Shown: in pieces, positions 28,321 to 42,449 of the stretch
How the letters are laid out: each line of letters starts with the position of its first letter
How positions within the stretch are numbered: position 1 is the first letter of the stretch
NCBI RefSeq assembly: GCF_009914755.1
Contig: NC_060925.1
DNA length: 64,000 nt
Reading direction: 5' to 3' (one strand)
Source: the human T2T-CHM13v2.0 reference genome, Homo sapiens
Translations under genes and position numbers: made by a program
The notes under the pieces: generated by a model
What the model was told of the DNA's origin: nothing
The model's input: the letters and a program-made list of their open reading frames with translations, nothing else
Databases searched by the model: none

Positions 28321-29577
28321 AGGGTGGAAAGCTCACTGGTTTTGGGGTTAGGACACTCATGCCAGCTCTGCCAAAATGTCAACATGTGTGACACTGGCCA
28401 AGTCATATCTCCTCTTGGGTTCTCATTCATTTATTTACTGATTCATTCAGCAGCTCTTTCCAGCATACCTACCATGTGCTAGGCATTGTTAGTACTAGAT
28501 ACATAACGGGTGATAAGATAGATTTCCTCGATGCTTCTGTAGAGTTTACAGATGGATTTTCAGTTTCCTCATCTGTAAAAGATGAGAATTAAAATATATG
28601 AATGTTTCTCATCCTTTACAAAACCCACACATCTTTTTATAAACATAAAAAGTTATGCCTTCCCTAATGTTATTTGAAATTTCTGAGTAAATAACCATGA
28701 CTAAAAATAAATTAAAGCAATTACAATAGTGAGTAATTTTTGTTTGAATCACACAAGCCCTCATGCCTGTTCCTGAGGAGATTCTCCTGCGCTGGCCCTC
28801 TGAGCCCTGGGCATTCTTTCGGTTAAGAATCATGGGAATAGTATTCTTGCTCTAAAAACGGACCTACAGTTATATTTTTTAATTGCTTTGAAATGCTGGA
28901 GTTGTGTCTATTTAATTTGTATTCATTCTTTCACCAAGTTTTGGCTCTTGGGTTTGTATGGCAGATAAAACTTTACTCATTCCTTTTACTGAAAACCTCT
29001 TTCCCCCCCAGGGTATAGTCGTGAGTCACGAGCTCTCTCACCAACTGACATTTCCCCATCCTGTTTTTGGAGGGAACAACAAAGGACATGCCTGGTGCCT
29101 GACACAGCGGGCCCACAGGCTGCTCCTTTAGTGGCCTTGTGAGTTCGATGAGCTTTTGGCTCTAGGAAGTGCCTGGGCTGCTATTACTCTGTGAATCTCA
29201 TGAGATTCACAGACCTCTTAGGAGCACCAGCCAGGTTGTAAAGATCTCTTGAGGACTGGGCTCTGGAAGGACTGGCCACTCCAACACCCTGCCTTGCCCT
29301 TAATTGTGCATTGCCTGGTGTTCTTTAATTGCCTCACAAATGCCCTTGAAAACTCTCAGGGATGGCCTCACTGTGCATGACAAAGGAATGCAACCTACTG
29401 TCTGGTTGTACTGAAGGAGCAGAGAGCAGGATTCTCATAATGATTGTTCAAAGAATTTATTTATGTGGAGTCCTAAAAGGAGTGATAGGTGTGAAAAAAT
29501 GCAATTTAATTCAACAAACATTGATGCAAACGCTGTGCTTGGTGACAGCAATATAGAGATGAATAAGACCAGTGTCT

Positions 29578-29775
29578 AGTGACGTGCTGGCAAGTACAAC
29601 TGGCTCTGTGGGGAGGCGGTACCCTGATTTGTACCTTTTGCTGATTTCCATTGAGTAAATACTCTTGCCATGTTTGATTTCAAGCTACCAACATGGTGTC
29701 AATTGGCTCACAGAAGCCCTGAAAATTTAATAATCAGCTCTTATGAGCCTGTACAAACTGAACTTGCATTCTGCT
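29578..29775 (+). mobile_element. hAT-Blackjack relic (MER63-like)
   Basis: gtaaatactcttgccatgtttgatttcaagctaccaacatgg...cctgaaaatttaataatcagctc. Confidence 0.7.
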
Positions 29776-30259
29776 ACCAATATCTACTTTTGAAGTTGTC
29801 AGTTTAGATTGGAAGATACATAAATTGCCATGCAGTCTGATAAAGACAGAAATAGAAGTATGTAGAAGGTAGAAAGGTATCACAAGGGACACTGGTTCAA
29901 TTCTGCGGTGGGCATATCCACATGGTAGGCTGCAAACAAAGACAGGCAAGGCCTGTAGGTGGGTGGAGACAGAGACCTTCAGAGCATCCTCAGTGCCTTC
30001 AGGTCATGGGGAAATGCCTTGGCCTGCCTTAAGGTCCCGTGCAGTCTAGCCTCACCTTACCTGGCTGAACATTCTCCCACATTTACTGACACAAACCTTC
30101 TGCTCTAGTGAGTCCAGCCCAGTGTTTTCAGTCTTGAGAGCACATCCCTGCCTTGGCTGACACCCACCTCCTCCCACCACCGTTTAGAAAGTGCCTTCCC
30201 TCCACCTCCACTTCCCTGCTCTACTCATCCTTCTTTATGAATGCTTCCTACAACAGCTC

Positions 30260-31310
30260 CAAGCCACAGAAAGCACTGACAGAAAGGGAAAGATTGATCA
30301 CGTGAATTCCATTAAAGTGAAGAATTTATGTTTATCAAAAGTCACTGTTAAGAAAGGAAAAGGCAAACAATGGAGTCAGAGGAACTGTTTGGAACACTTA
30401 TGACCAATCGAGGATTTGTATTCAGGACATGTAAGGACCTCTCACAAATCAATAAGAAAAAGACAAGAAAAGGGAAAAGAGACCAGAACAGGAACTTCAC
30501 AAGAATGGATATCCAAATGACATGAAAAGAAGCTTGCCTTCACTCCACCTTTACCTCAGTCACTAGGGAAATGTGATGCCACTACATACCCACTAAAGTG
30601 GCTGAAACCAAATAGACTTGTATTACCAAGCATTGTTGAAGACTTGAAAGAGTGGGAAATAATGTATACTGCTGGTAAGAATCAGACATGGTATAACCTA
30701 TTTGAAAAACAGTTTGGCAATATTTATTAAAATGGAACATTTGCATACTCTATGACCCAGCATATAATCTGACCATACTCTATGACCCAGCATATGATAT
30801 GACCTAGCTATAATCCAATGAAAATGTATATCCATATGTTTACCTAAAAGTATGTACTGGAATGTTGATACAGCATCATTAGTTATGGCTCCAAATTGGA
30901 AATACCCAGACATTCATCAATAGTAAAAAATAAATTATAGGCTATTTGTGAAGTGGAATCTTTTTAAACTATGAAAAAGCATGACATACTGCTCCATAGA
31001 ACTACATGGATGAACCTCACAAACCTAATTTTGAGCGAAAGGGGCCAAACAAAAAAGAAAACAAATGGAGTTATTATATTTATATAAAGTTCAAAAACAG
31101 ACAAAACTATATGAGGTTAGACATCAGTTTACCTGATACCTTTGGGGAAGAGCAAGAGGTTAGTGACTGGGAGGGCTGTGTTGGGGGCTTCTGAGTTGCT
31201 GAGGTTGTTATATTTCTGGCCCTGAGTGGTGATAACACAGGTATGTTCACTTTGTCATTGAGCTTTACGTGTGCAATTTGTGTACTTTTCTGTATATCTT
31301 ACATTTTTAT
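30260..31310 (+). mobile_element. Old L1M (MC/ME) 3' fragment
   Basis: caaatcaataagaaaaagac...gaaaaacagtttggca...catggatgaacctcacaaac...ataaagttcaaaaacag. Confidence 0.8.
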
Positions 31311-31424
31311 TAGCTAAAAAGCAAAGGAGCTTCTGCATGAAAGTATTAGAACTAGTGCTGGAAAGTGAGGGAGTGTTTCTGAACCGCCTTTGTGTTTTTC
31401 TTTTGACGTTTTCTATCTTTATGA

Positions 31425-31830
31425 GTTTATTCATCAAACAAAGACATTTTGAGAGTGACAATGTGCCGGGAACTATTTTAGGTACTGAGAGTGAAACAAA
31501 ATAGAAACAACTGCTGCTTTCATGGAGCTTACATTCTCAAGGGGACAGCAAGGTCCTTGAACAGACAAATGTATAACAAGTCAGGGGATAAGAAATACTC
31601 TGAAGTGGTATTAGGGGATAAGAGGATAAAGAATAATGGAGCTGGGCTGAGGGTTTGGGCACTGACTAGGTGTTGTTTTATATGGGGTGGTCGAAGAGGA
31701 CCTCTGACCAGGCAGCCTTGGAGCCAGAGCCTGGATGAAGTGAGTAAGGGAGGCTGACAGGTATGTGAAGAACATTCCAGGCAGAGAGGGCAGTAAGCGC
31801 AAAGGCCCTGCATTGGGATCCTTGGCCTCC
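31425..31830 (-). mobile_element. L2 3' fragment
   Basis: ttcatcaaacaaagacatttt...ttcatggagcttacattct...gaagaacattccaggcagaggg. Confidence 0.8.
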
Positions 31831-31849
31831 GAAGCAGGAAACTCAGCAT

Positions 31850-32700
31850 CATTCTTGGCTTCTCTCTCTCTTCTTCACCTTCATATTTGAATCAAATCAT
31901 GATCCATTTGATTTCATAGCTAAATCTCTCATAGTTTGCAACCTCTGCCTCCCAGGCTCAAGCGCTTCTTCTGCCTCAGCCTCTCGAGTAGCTGGGATTA
32001 CAGGAACATGCCAGCACACCCAGCTAATTTTTGTATTTTTAGTAGAGATGGGGTTTCACCATGTTGGCCAGGGTGGTCTCAAACTCCTGGTTTGTCTCCA
32101 TCCCCTCCATTGTTGCCTATTTGGGTAATAGTTTCTTAACTCTGCCTTCCCGTTTCCATTTTTTTCTCTTCTGATTTTAAGTCACTGACTGGATATGCCA
32201 CTCCTCTGCCTAAAAGCCCTCCAGTGGCTCTGCTTTGCTCTCAGAGTAAATGCCCTACAAGGTTTTGGTTTTCCTCACTGGTCTCATATCTTTCTGCTTT
32301 GCCGTACACTCCGTGCTTGAGCCACACCAAGGCGATTCCATGTTTCCCACATTCCCTCTGAGGAAAGGCCCTTTAGTCTCTGGGTCTTTCTTTATGAGGG
32401 TGCATCTACCTGTGGAGTTCTTTCCCCCACCTCCTCATTTTATGTTTTGCACATCCCTTAGATCTCAGCTTAGATGTTGTTTAGTCTGGGAAGCTGTTCC
32501 TGTCCCTTAAACCTTGGCCAAGTCCCTGTGTTCTCCTATCGTTGCCCCGTCATATCATTTTGTCATTGATTTTTCTTTTTTCCAGCCTCCCATGAAACTC
32601 TAAGACACATGTGGGAAGTAACTATGTTACTTATTCATAGTGCTTAGCAAAGTTTCTGATGTTTAGAAATTTCTCAATAAATATTAAAAAAAGAATGCAT
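31850..32700 (+). mobile_element. L2 fragment interrupted by an Alu piece
   Basis: atgccactcctctgcctaaaagccctccagtggctc...cttagatctcagcttagatg...ctcaataaatatt. Confidence 0.7.
31937..32089 (-). mobile_element. Internal Alu fragment, truncated at both ends
   Basis: tgcaacctctgcctcccagg...gctaatttttgtatttttagtagagatgggg...aaactcctg; no tail and no 5' end. Confidence 0.93.
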
Positions 32701-33172
32701 GTTGAGCTACATTTCTGTGATATGTCAAAAATCTAGAAGTATTTTTATTAGTAACTGATAGAAATATCTTTCAGTCAAAACATTATTCATCAACTCACAA
32801 AAAAGCAGACTAGCTTTGTGTTTGAGTTTTGTTTTTGTTTTTCCTGGTAATTTTGTGTTCCATAATTTCTCAGACACAGAAACATTATCTTTCAAATTTT
32901 AATACCACTTTATTTGACTCAATCACATGTAAAATTTTTGTTCAGAGAATTTTGAATGTATCCGTGAAAAATATTCAAATGTCGAAATCCAAATGTCTTG
33001 CTTTGGCTGTGGAGCAATATCATTACTGTGACTTAGTTCTAGAATTTAGACTTAATTGCTAAAAAAAAAATTTTGAATTCAACTTTATTAATTTTGTCAA
33101 GTTTTTGATGTGCTAGGTGGACATTCTTTCCAATTTATTACAGTCCCTTCATATAGACACAAAAGCTTTTAA

Positions 33173-33531
<359 letters not shown>

Positions 33532-33724
33532 TAAGCTGATGCTTTGTACCATCAGTGTGAGGAGTGATGCTATTGATCCCTGCTGGGCATGAGCATTAGA
33601 AGAAAGTTGAGCAGGGACTTAAAATGGGGATGTGGAGCACTGTGCCAATGTCTTTCAAATGGGCTTTTAAAAATTATTTTAACAGGATTATTTGGAGAAT
33701 CATAAATGTTTGAGCCTCAGATAC

Positions 33725-33985
33725 ACTCATAGCTACCATTTACTGAGTACTTGCTATATGCCAGGCACTATAAAAACTGCTTTAAATAGACAATCTTGTT
33801 TAATTGTAATAACAGTCATATGGGATTGTTACCATCATTCCCATTTAACAGATGAGAAAATTAAGGCTCAGAGAGGTTGAGTGGTTTGCCCTAGGTCATA
33901 TAGCAGGTCAAAGCTAATGCTGAACTATGAACACAGTTCCTCTGACTGAAAATGTGCAAGGCTACTAACGACTAGGTCCTACTGG
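33725..33985 (-). mobile_element. MIR
   Basis: catttactgagtacttgctatatgccaggcact...cccatttaacagatgagaaaattaaggctcagagaggtt. Confidence 0.85.
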
Positions 33986-35659
33986 CTTATGTATTGAAAA
34001 GTAGATCAATGAACTCATTCTGGAGCTAAATGTTGTCTATTACTGTGGATTATCCATGACATAACCCACTCATTATATTCCAGTATTGGTTAAAAGGTAG
34101 GAGAGAAGTGATAGTAAATTTCATGGGTTCGGCATATCTTCTGACCGACAGAAGACATGGAAATGTTTTAAATGTTTCTTTTCCTTTTTTTTTTTTTTTT
34201 AAAAAAAAACAAAAACAAATAACACTAAAAGTTTCACCAAACAAGGGTTCATAAAAGGATCGTCTCTAAATTGTGAGTGTGGTGAGTGTGCATGCTCTGA
34301 GCAAAAAGAGCCTCCCCTTTCTGAGGGAATTGTGACCCTGGAAAGGAGGAGAGCAGGAACAGCTGGCCATCTCCCCCTGAAAGGCCAGGGCCCCCCTCTC
34401 AGGCCTCTGGGCTCCAGCTCTGGCTGAGGGTGTGTTTGTTTGGCTGTGACTCTTTCCCTTCTGTTTCCCTCTCGGTGTCATATTTCATGAGCTCCAGGCT
34501 CCTGCCTGTTTCAGCTTGAGCCTCTGGCTTTCATCGCTGCCTCCTTGGCCAAAGCTGAGTGAGGGCTTGAAAAAAACACTGATTGGATGCACATTTAGTG
34601 GAGGCGATTGCTGGACCAGCACCTCACCAATCCCCAGCCCCAAATGCAACTGACAGCTACACCCACCTGGCTGGAGCCTAAACCAGAGGCCCCTTTCCTC
34701 CCTCCTCTCCACCCATACCCTTGCTGTTTGCCCAACTCTTCCTGCTGAAATCAGAGGCAGCTTGTGCCTCCCAGCCTTCTTCCCTGCCCCCGCTGTCTGC
34801 CCAGCCACCAGCTTCCCCTGGGCTGGAAAGACCCCCGCTTGTCTGACTGTGCTAATCCTCTGTTTGAGGTTCCAGAACTTCCCAATTGTTGGGCCTGGGT
34901 TCCTGTACTTAGCTGCCCAGAGTCCACTTCTCTGCTGAGATTTCTATTATACAAGAGATTCAACCAGAACCCTCTCCGTGGGCCTCCATGCCTCTTTTTG
35001 CTGAATTCCCCATTCTCATTCTGCGTAGGGGGTGGGAGTTGGTGGGGGTACATGCACCTTGAGTCTAATCATGATCTTACTGGGGAGAGCTCAGTAGGAA
35101 AGTAATAACATATTCATTTAAACAACTTTTTCTCTGTTAATCTTTTTATTGAACTTCATAGAATTAATGGATAAAGACTATTGGTTAGAGTGCGTCTTTC
35201 TTAGATGAGATGGAGTTAGAGACACTTAAAAAAAAATAAGGCTTGCCACTGCAGGAGTGCACAGAGCACCTCAACTATTGGAGCCCAGGTGATCTCTTCA
35301 GTGGGTCATAAAATCTGAGTCATAAGAACCTCATGGCAAAGAAAACTTGAAACTGCAAAGTCTCACATAGTCATTTGCTGAAAACTGAAGTGTCCCAACA
35401 AATGTCGGGTTAGACCTACTTTGAGAAACACATTCCAATATGAGATCGAACCTGACAATTTTGCATGCTAACCTGGACTGTTTCTTATTAGAGCAAAGGG
35501 GATGGGCTTTTTGTTTGCTTTGGGTGTATTTGTTTTTGCTGCCAAAGTGTTGTAATGTCATGATTATTTAATATGTATGAGGCCTAGTTGTGTACTAGGG
35601 AGAGTCAAAATACATTTACTACGAAATGAGACCAGCTCCAGTTGTTTAAACAGCTCCAG

Positions 35660-35900
35660 TTGTAATAATAAGAGCTAAGACTTGATGCCAAGCACTGTTT
35701 CTAGGTGTTAACTTATTGAGTCCTCATGATTACTCCTCACGATGGTCCTCTTGGAAAGGATCCTATTTTTCTATGAGAAAACTGAGGCTTGAGTGTTAAG
35801 GAACTTGCTTAAACTCACACAGTTAGTAAAGGTCAGCTTTTAGATTTAAAGCCAGGCACCCTCATTCTAGAGCTTGTGGCTCAACCACTGAGCTATACTG
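35660..35900 (-). mobile_element. MIR
   Basis: atgagaaaactgaggctt...aacttgcttaaactcacacagttagtaa. Confidence 0.7.
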
Positions 35901-36331
35901 CTTGTTAGGGTTGTTGGTGGAGTGATAGTAGAAGTAGATGGGCTAGAGTTTTTCATTTCTAACCCTAAAAATCTATAGCTATTAACACTGAAGACAGCAA
36001 CTGCCAATTAAATAAATCCTCAACAAGACTGAGAAGAGAATCTGCTAATCTGTTGGTCACTAATGTCTGCAGTTTATCTGCTTATCTATCTGCAGCAAAA
36101 CTGTCTTAGAACACTTTGCTGAATGAAATTGAACATGGAAAGCTGACTGAAGGGAAAACAGAGAAGGTGGGATAGTTGAGAAGGGAGTAAGATCAGACAA
36201 ATGGCAATGCTCTGTGGGATACTGCGTCCAAGCAGAACAGTCAAGGGATTCAGTTCTCAGAAGCTGTTCAGGTAGACGCCCTCCTTACCAGAGTCGGTTA
36301 GCCTCTTGCTGTATGCACACTTGAGGCTGCT

Positions 36332-36415
36332 CAAAGCGCGAGGGAGGCATGGTCTGTGCTCATTCCAGGCATCCAAAGCACCAGGGAGGCATGATCTGTG
36401 TTCATTCCAGGTGTC
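36332..36415. repeat. 42-bp diverged tandem duplication
   Basis: caaagcgcgagggaggcatggtctgtgctcattccagg.. / caaagcaccagggaggcatgatctgtgttcattccagg.. Confidence 0.85.
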
Positions 36416-37997
36416 TTATCTCGCTGCCACTTCCAGGCCTGCACATTATAGGCAATATATTTACTACACTCTCCCTTCTCCTTTATTTTTTACTTCTGGA
36501 TGTGCCATGGTGAATATTTTTCAGGCAAATGGGGGGAATCGTTTCCATTTCAAGCTGGGTTGAAATCTAGCACTATGATTAGGGTTGTGCTAACCTCTGC
36601 CTGCCTCTCCCCTAACTCCTGCTGTGTATAGGTGGGCATGGCTCAAGCATCCTCAGGGCTGGGAGAAGGTTGCATCAGGAATGTTTCTACCAACAGAAGC
36701 TGGCCAGTGGGAGGCTTGTAGGCACTTTGTAATTTACCATTCTCTTCTTGAACTATGCAGCAGTCTGAGGGGCTGTACAGAGGATTCTTCCCAGTCATTC
36801 CCATTGCTAGCTTTGGAGGCCTTCTCCCACAATTCATAGCCTCCTAGTAATGTGCTTTATTCCTAAAGCCCAGTCCTTGGGGTTTTTGAAGAAAAGGAAG
36901 GCAGATCAGCATGCCTTCCCTAGTCTGAAATTACCCTGTTTGACTCATATAGTGTGGAGCTTTATAATCTGTAATCCAAAATTGGGATTGTCTATACTAT
37001 AAGGATATTCTCTGGGACTTACGCTTATTTAACCAAGGTTGTTAAATAGCTGCAATGGGAAGCTCCCATGACGGGAGATTCAGGAGAAGGCTGGCATAGG
37101 CTTCTAACTTACACCAGTGCTCCCTGATGCCTGTGAATGTGGGGAGAGGGCAAGGAGATTTTGAGAACAGATAAGAGACATTTGAATTTCTCAATGCCTT
37201 CTGAAAACCTGTGTGCAGAGTTGAATTGAAACTTACCTTGTTAGCATTATAAATCTGAACACTTTCCTTGCTAGGCCACAATGACTTAATAATATCGTCT
37301 AAAGGATCTATGTTCACTCTGCTTGCACTGATTTACATCTCCTTTTTCCAATTCTGCGTAGTCTCTGGACACTTCTACTTCCAAATATCACCTGTTTAAG
37401 GAATAGCACTTACCTTGTCTTGTACTGTGAACCCAAATTTCTGTGAAAAATGGACTGTAGCAGTTGTTCCAGTTTGAGATTGCTGAGTGTCATGAACATT
37501 GGTTTTGAAGAGTATGGAGTGTTGTTGGAGGACAGCTCGAGGCTAAATGTGGTTGTGCAATATGGTTTCTACACACTGTCCAGCAGGTGGTTGGATACAG
37601 TTATGCCATTCTCTGCTTCTTGTTTGTTGTCTTCAAAACATGAAAAAATAAAAGCAAAATATAGAATATCTTCGATGAATTCAGCTTCTCTTAATCTCAC
37701 TTTTATCTCCTTTCTGTAAGACTTAGTCATTATTTCCGAATATGCCATCAATTTTATCCAAGTGAAAATTCAGTTTTAGTTTTAAAACACACAGATATAA
37801 AAATAAGATGCAAAGTTCTACAGTAAAATTCTTAGACATAAACACTGAGATTTTTGGATTCACAAATAAATAGTTTAGATAACACTCAGAAAGATCTTTT
37901 CCTCCTAATTAGCTTCTATTGTCACCTCTTCCTAAGTTGATATGTAGCTCAATTTGTTAGGAAATGGATTTCCCACACATGCCCTAACTATAATCAT

Positions 37998-38054
37998 AAG
38001 CATCTGCAACTCTGTTTTCAAACAAAGCATCTGCAACTCTATTTTCAAACAAAG
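37998..38054. repeat. 27-bp tandem duplication (1 mismatch)
   Basis: aagcatctgcaactct[g/a]ttttcaaaca x2. Confidence 0.95.
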
Positions 38055-39564
38055 GTAGTTACTCATGAGAGAGCTTCTTTAAACTGCAATGGACCACACA
38101 GAGGTGGATGTCTAGCACATTTACAGTGACCATGATCCTATCTCTCACCATTTCTTCTTTTCAATATTGCAGGATTCTAACCATATGACTTTCCCACCCC
38201 TCACCTGATGTTTGGCGACAATATCCTGGCTTCTACTGGCAACGCCATCTTTTGCTATTTGGGTAAATGTGCTCCTTATCAGCCTTGGATCCTACCCAGG
38301 CTCAGGGCCTTGTGAGTGCAATGTCTATTGGGCTATTGTGGACCCCATGACTATGACCCAGACACTCAGTTTTGTATGCCACATCCCTTTTCAGGGAGCT
38401 AGGTCAAGGACATCATGCAACTCATTTGCATGCCATATTGAAGATTCACACTTGGGGGAATATTTTATTCTCAGGCAGCTAAGACCTTGAAACTCCAGCA
38501 TAGTATGGAGAGTGCTGAGCCTTCAGCATTTTTAGCACATGATTTCAGCCTTGGAAATCTGATGTACTTGCAGACCTCTACACAAGAGGAGGTATTTGCA
38601 TAGAAACATGAGCATGCTGGGGCTGGGTCATCCTTTTACTACACATGTTAAAGCATACATTGTAGCCAAAATTTTGGAAGCAATGAGAATCTCTTACTCT
38701 ACTATTGGGATTTGGGGTCACAGCAAGACTTTGGAAGAGGTATTACTGAGAAGATGCCTCTATGAGGTGTTACTCAAAGTCATTAATTACTTACAGGGCT
38801 CTACGAGAATGGCATAGTTCATGTCTTAAAACCGCTTATAGCTACTGGTTGAGACAGAAAAGGAAACTATGTGCTGTGTGATTAAACCGGTGTTTTCTTT
38901 TTTGCATTCTGTCTTCTACATGTGTTGTGGTGAAATGAAACTTTACCACATTCAGCAGTGCTCAGGAGAAACATTGAGCAGTGTTGGTATATATTTCAAT
39001 GGCATTCAAAACCCTGATAAATAATTTAGGACTTGGGGAGATCTGGGTATGGGAAGAAGAACTGAAAAAAAAAAAAAGCAGCGGTAATTTACTAATATAT
39101 GTTTGTAGGTTAAAACACTTTTTATAGCTGACCGTAGTAGATAGAATCATTCTTTACAACTATTAAGTGGTATTAAATAGGTTGACCCAACTCCCTTGGA
39201 AAAGTGATTAATTTTGTCTTCCAGACCTGACTTCTGAAGCTCAAAGTTGGTTTAAACAGTTCAGCTGTAGTAGAGGATAGCCTGATATCCTAGTTTTGCC
39301 ACAGTATCTGGGCCAGATGGCATTTGCAGTAAATGGAAGGTAACAATGATCAGCTCTGGTATTTACGTGTGTAGGTGATATGGTCATGTGGGAGTGTTCA
39401 TAGGCTTACAAGCCATATGGCTCTTGGCCATAAACTATTGCTAGGTAAGGCTTTGACTCTGTATCAGTATGAATAAAGTAGCTCTTTCAGCTCATGAGTA
39501 TCCATTTGCTTTGTGTCAGGCTGATGTCAAGTTAACCTGCTTTTGCACTCTGGTGAACAGACAC

Positions 39565-40030
39565 ATAGATTATTAAAACTGAAAGTGATCTAAAAAGTTA
39601 TCTAAACCAATATCCTACATGAAGAAGGATCCTCCCTACAGCCTCACAAGTAAGATGATTAGTCAGCCTCTACTTGAATATTTCCAGTAGTGGGGAGCTC
39701 ATAACCTCACAAAGAAGCACAGCCTGTTTTTGGATGGCTCTAATTTTTAGGGTGTTCCCTCTTATTTTTGATGAAAATCTGCCTCTCTGCAACTTCCTTA
39801 GTCATGACTGGAGTTCTGTTGTATGAGCTGAATCCTTTTATTTCAGAATAGGGCATCACATATTTGAAGACCAACATTAAGTCCCAGTGTAGTTTTCTTT
39901 TTTCTGCATGAAACATTCGAAGGTCTTTCAGTAAATCCCCTTGTTTTCTTGGTAGGGAGTCACTCATCACCACTTTTCTCTTCCCACTGGAGCTGTATTA
40001 AGCTCCTTGAAACTTTGCATCCTGGAGATA
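39565..40030 (-). mobile_element. CR1/L3 LINE 3' relic
   Basis: cagcctctacttgaatatttccagtagtggggagctcataacctc...aaaatctgcctctctgcaacttcc...catatttgaagac. Confidence 0.7.
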
Positions 40031-42449
40031 CAGCTTTCTAGTCACAAAGCCCAATTTACCTTCTCTGAGAAGAGTCTAGTTCTTTTTATTAGTTTTAGTT
40101 GTACAGTTTGGGATTCTCCTTTTTCTCCTCTTTGTCTTATTTTTCTTCCCAGCTTCCTCCTCACGTGGCGTTGTTGTGCATAAAGTTCTGAATCATATTT
40201 TTCATCTTTGTCCGTTGCAATTATTGTCACTCTGTCTTCCTTCTTGGATTATTTCTTTCATTCTCCTTAGAAAATTTTTGAATTCTCCCATCAGCTGGAG
40301 AAAAGATATCTTTTACCTTCTCCTCCATCTTATACTGACTATGCAAGCAGCTTATACTTAGGTCCCATGCAAGCAGTGACTTCAGAAAAAACAAGAATAC
40401 CAACAATGTATCATCTCCTATTGTTGGCTCTTGGTTTTGAATAGATATTCCCTACCCAACTAGATTCATGTGTGCGACTCTGAGTATAGGTCATTCATCG
40501 AATGTCTGTTACTGCTAGAGTCTTTGAGTATGTAGTCTGTTGATGTGAACCTAAATGTAATTGGTGTTACATGCAGTTTAAATGTCACCCTATTTCAACC
40601 TCATGATTCTCAATCTTTATGCCAATAGCTACAGTATATTTATTGTCTACCATAGGATCTAATTACATAAGCTTTGGTACTGCTCGTTGTCCAGAAGGAT
40701 CATAATGTTAGAGAGGACATGTCTTCCTCACATTATGAAGGACTAAGAAACAGAGGCTCAGGGAGAATATTTGGCTCATCCAAGATTACACCATTAGTTC
40801 AGCAGCTGGTCAGATGCTGTTTCCGATAAGCCACTCAGCTAGCTAACTCCCTTGGCTTCAATAGAGAAAGTGACTTAAACTGTGGCATTTCTGGTCTTTT
40901 ATACTCTCTCTCTCTCTCTGTGTGTGTGTATATACATTTTTTCTTCTTTATCACCTAGCATATTTTCTGATATGTAATAAGTTCTCAATAAATGCTGGTT
41001 AATGAATATTTCAAGCCATCCTTTCCTTTTGGAAGTTGGGAACATGTGTAAAGGAAGAAGACTAGATTGAGTGATAAAGCATAAAATATAACTAGGAAAG
41101 TCATAGCTTGGGATAGAGAGTATATGCAGTTTGTTCAGAAGTATATAAGGCATTGTGCTATGTGCCACGATGCCTATACAGAACGTATAGCCTAGTTCCT
41201 GATATCAGTGAGTTTATAATGAGATAAACGTATTATATTTGGCATTGTGAAAATGAGATAAAAATAGAGATAAGACTGAATCATATGGAAAAAATTAGTT
41301 TCCAGTTCAAGAGAATGTTATCAACATCAATGAGGAGTTCAGAGAAGGGAAGGTAATGAAGAGCCTGCTATTATGCTATTGTTCTCATCAGAAGAGGGGT
41401 GAGTGTGAGGGAGGAAGAGAGGATAGATGGAAGATGAGAAGAGGGTGTGTGCCAGAGCACTGTTGTCCATTTAGTGCCAGCCCTGTGTGGCAAATAGGAC
41501 ACAAACCTCCAATTGGCTTAAGTTCCTGAGGTAGAAGAGATTAAGAATGTTAAAAAGGGAACAAAATTTATTGAGCACCTACTATAGGTGAATTCATGAA
41601 TATTTCTTGATCACCTGTCTGTGGAAGGCACTGTGTTAGGTGTTAGAGATAAAGAGAGATACTATCTTCACCTTCAAGGGCAGGCCAAGCAGTGTGCTAG
41701 GAACCTCACAAAAGGAGGTGCTGAAGTCACATAAGCTCCCCTTATGTAGTTATTCCAGTTCCTGGTTTTCACGTCTAATGGATTTTTCCCCATAGCTTCT
41801 CCCCCTCCACCCAACCCCAGCCTTTCCAGAGTGTGTCTGTCTTCCCAAAATGAGTTTGATACTTTGTGCGCATGCCGGGATCCCCATGGGATTGATGACA
41901 TCATATGCCATTGGCTCCTATTGCACACAAGAGAGGAGACAGATCTGCACATTCCTGCAGTTAATGCTGAGTAGAATCTTGGCAGAGGTGGTGGCATCCT
42001 TCATTTGACTTTAGACCTTCAGCCTCCCTTTTAAAGCCCTGGCTCACACAGTTATTGAGAAGCCTTATCCTGCAAGGAACCTACAGCTTAGGAAAGAGTT
42101 GCCCATGTGTCTTTGCTATCAAACAAAAGATATTGGCAAATCTTTTATCGATTTTCTATTCTGGCAGAGGTACCATTTATTATGGGGTAGATGGGATATA
42201 GATAAAGCATCTCCCTGCCCCTAATCCCTGCCTTGCTGAGATAAATGCCTGTTCCATTCCCCAATCACCAGAAAATGCCTTGGAGCAATGGAGTCTAACA
42301 GCCTGAGAGTTGTAAAGGGGCAGCAAAGCCACTTCTGCAGGAAGAGAGTGTGCATGAACCTTATTCATTGTCCATGTGTGGAGTTGCTTCATGTTCATGC
42401 TCTTCACCCTGATTTGACACATACCAACATCAAATAACTATCTACTCTA

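Noticed and set aside
37578-37593. CTCF-like CCAGCAGGTGG (also 12691-12705 on the reverse strand)
   Set aside because: Mismatches at key positions; cannot be supported without a matrix scan or ChIP data.
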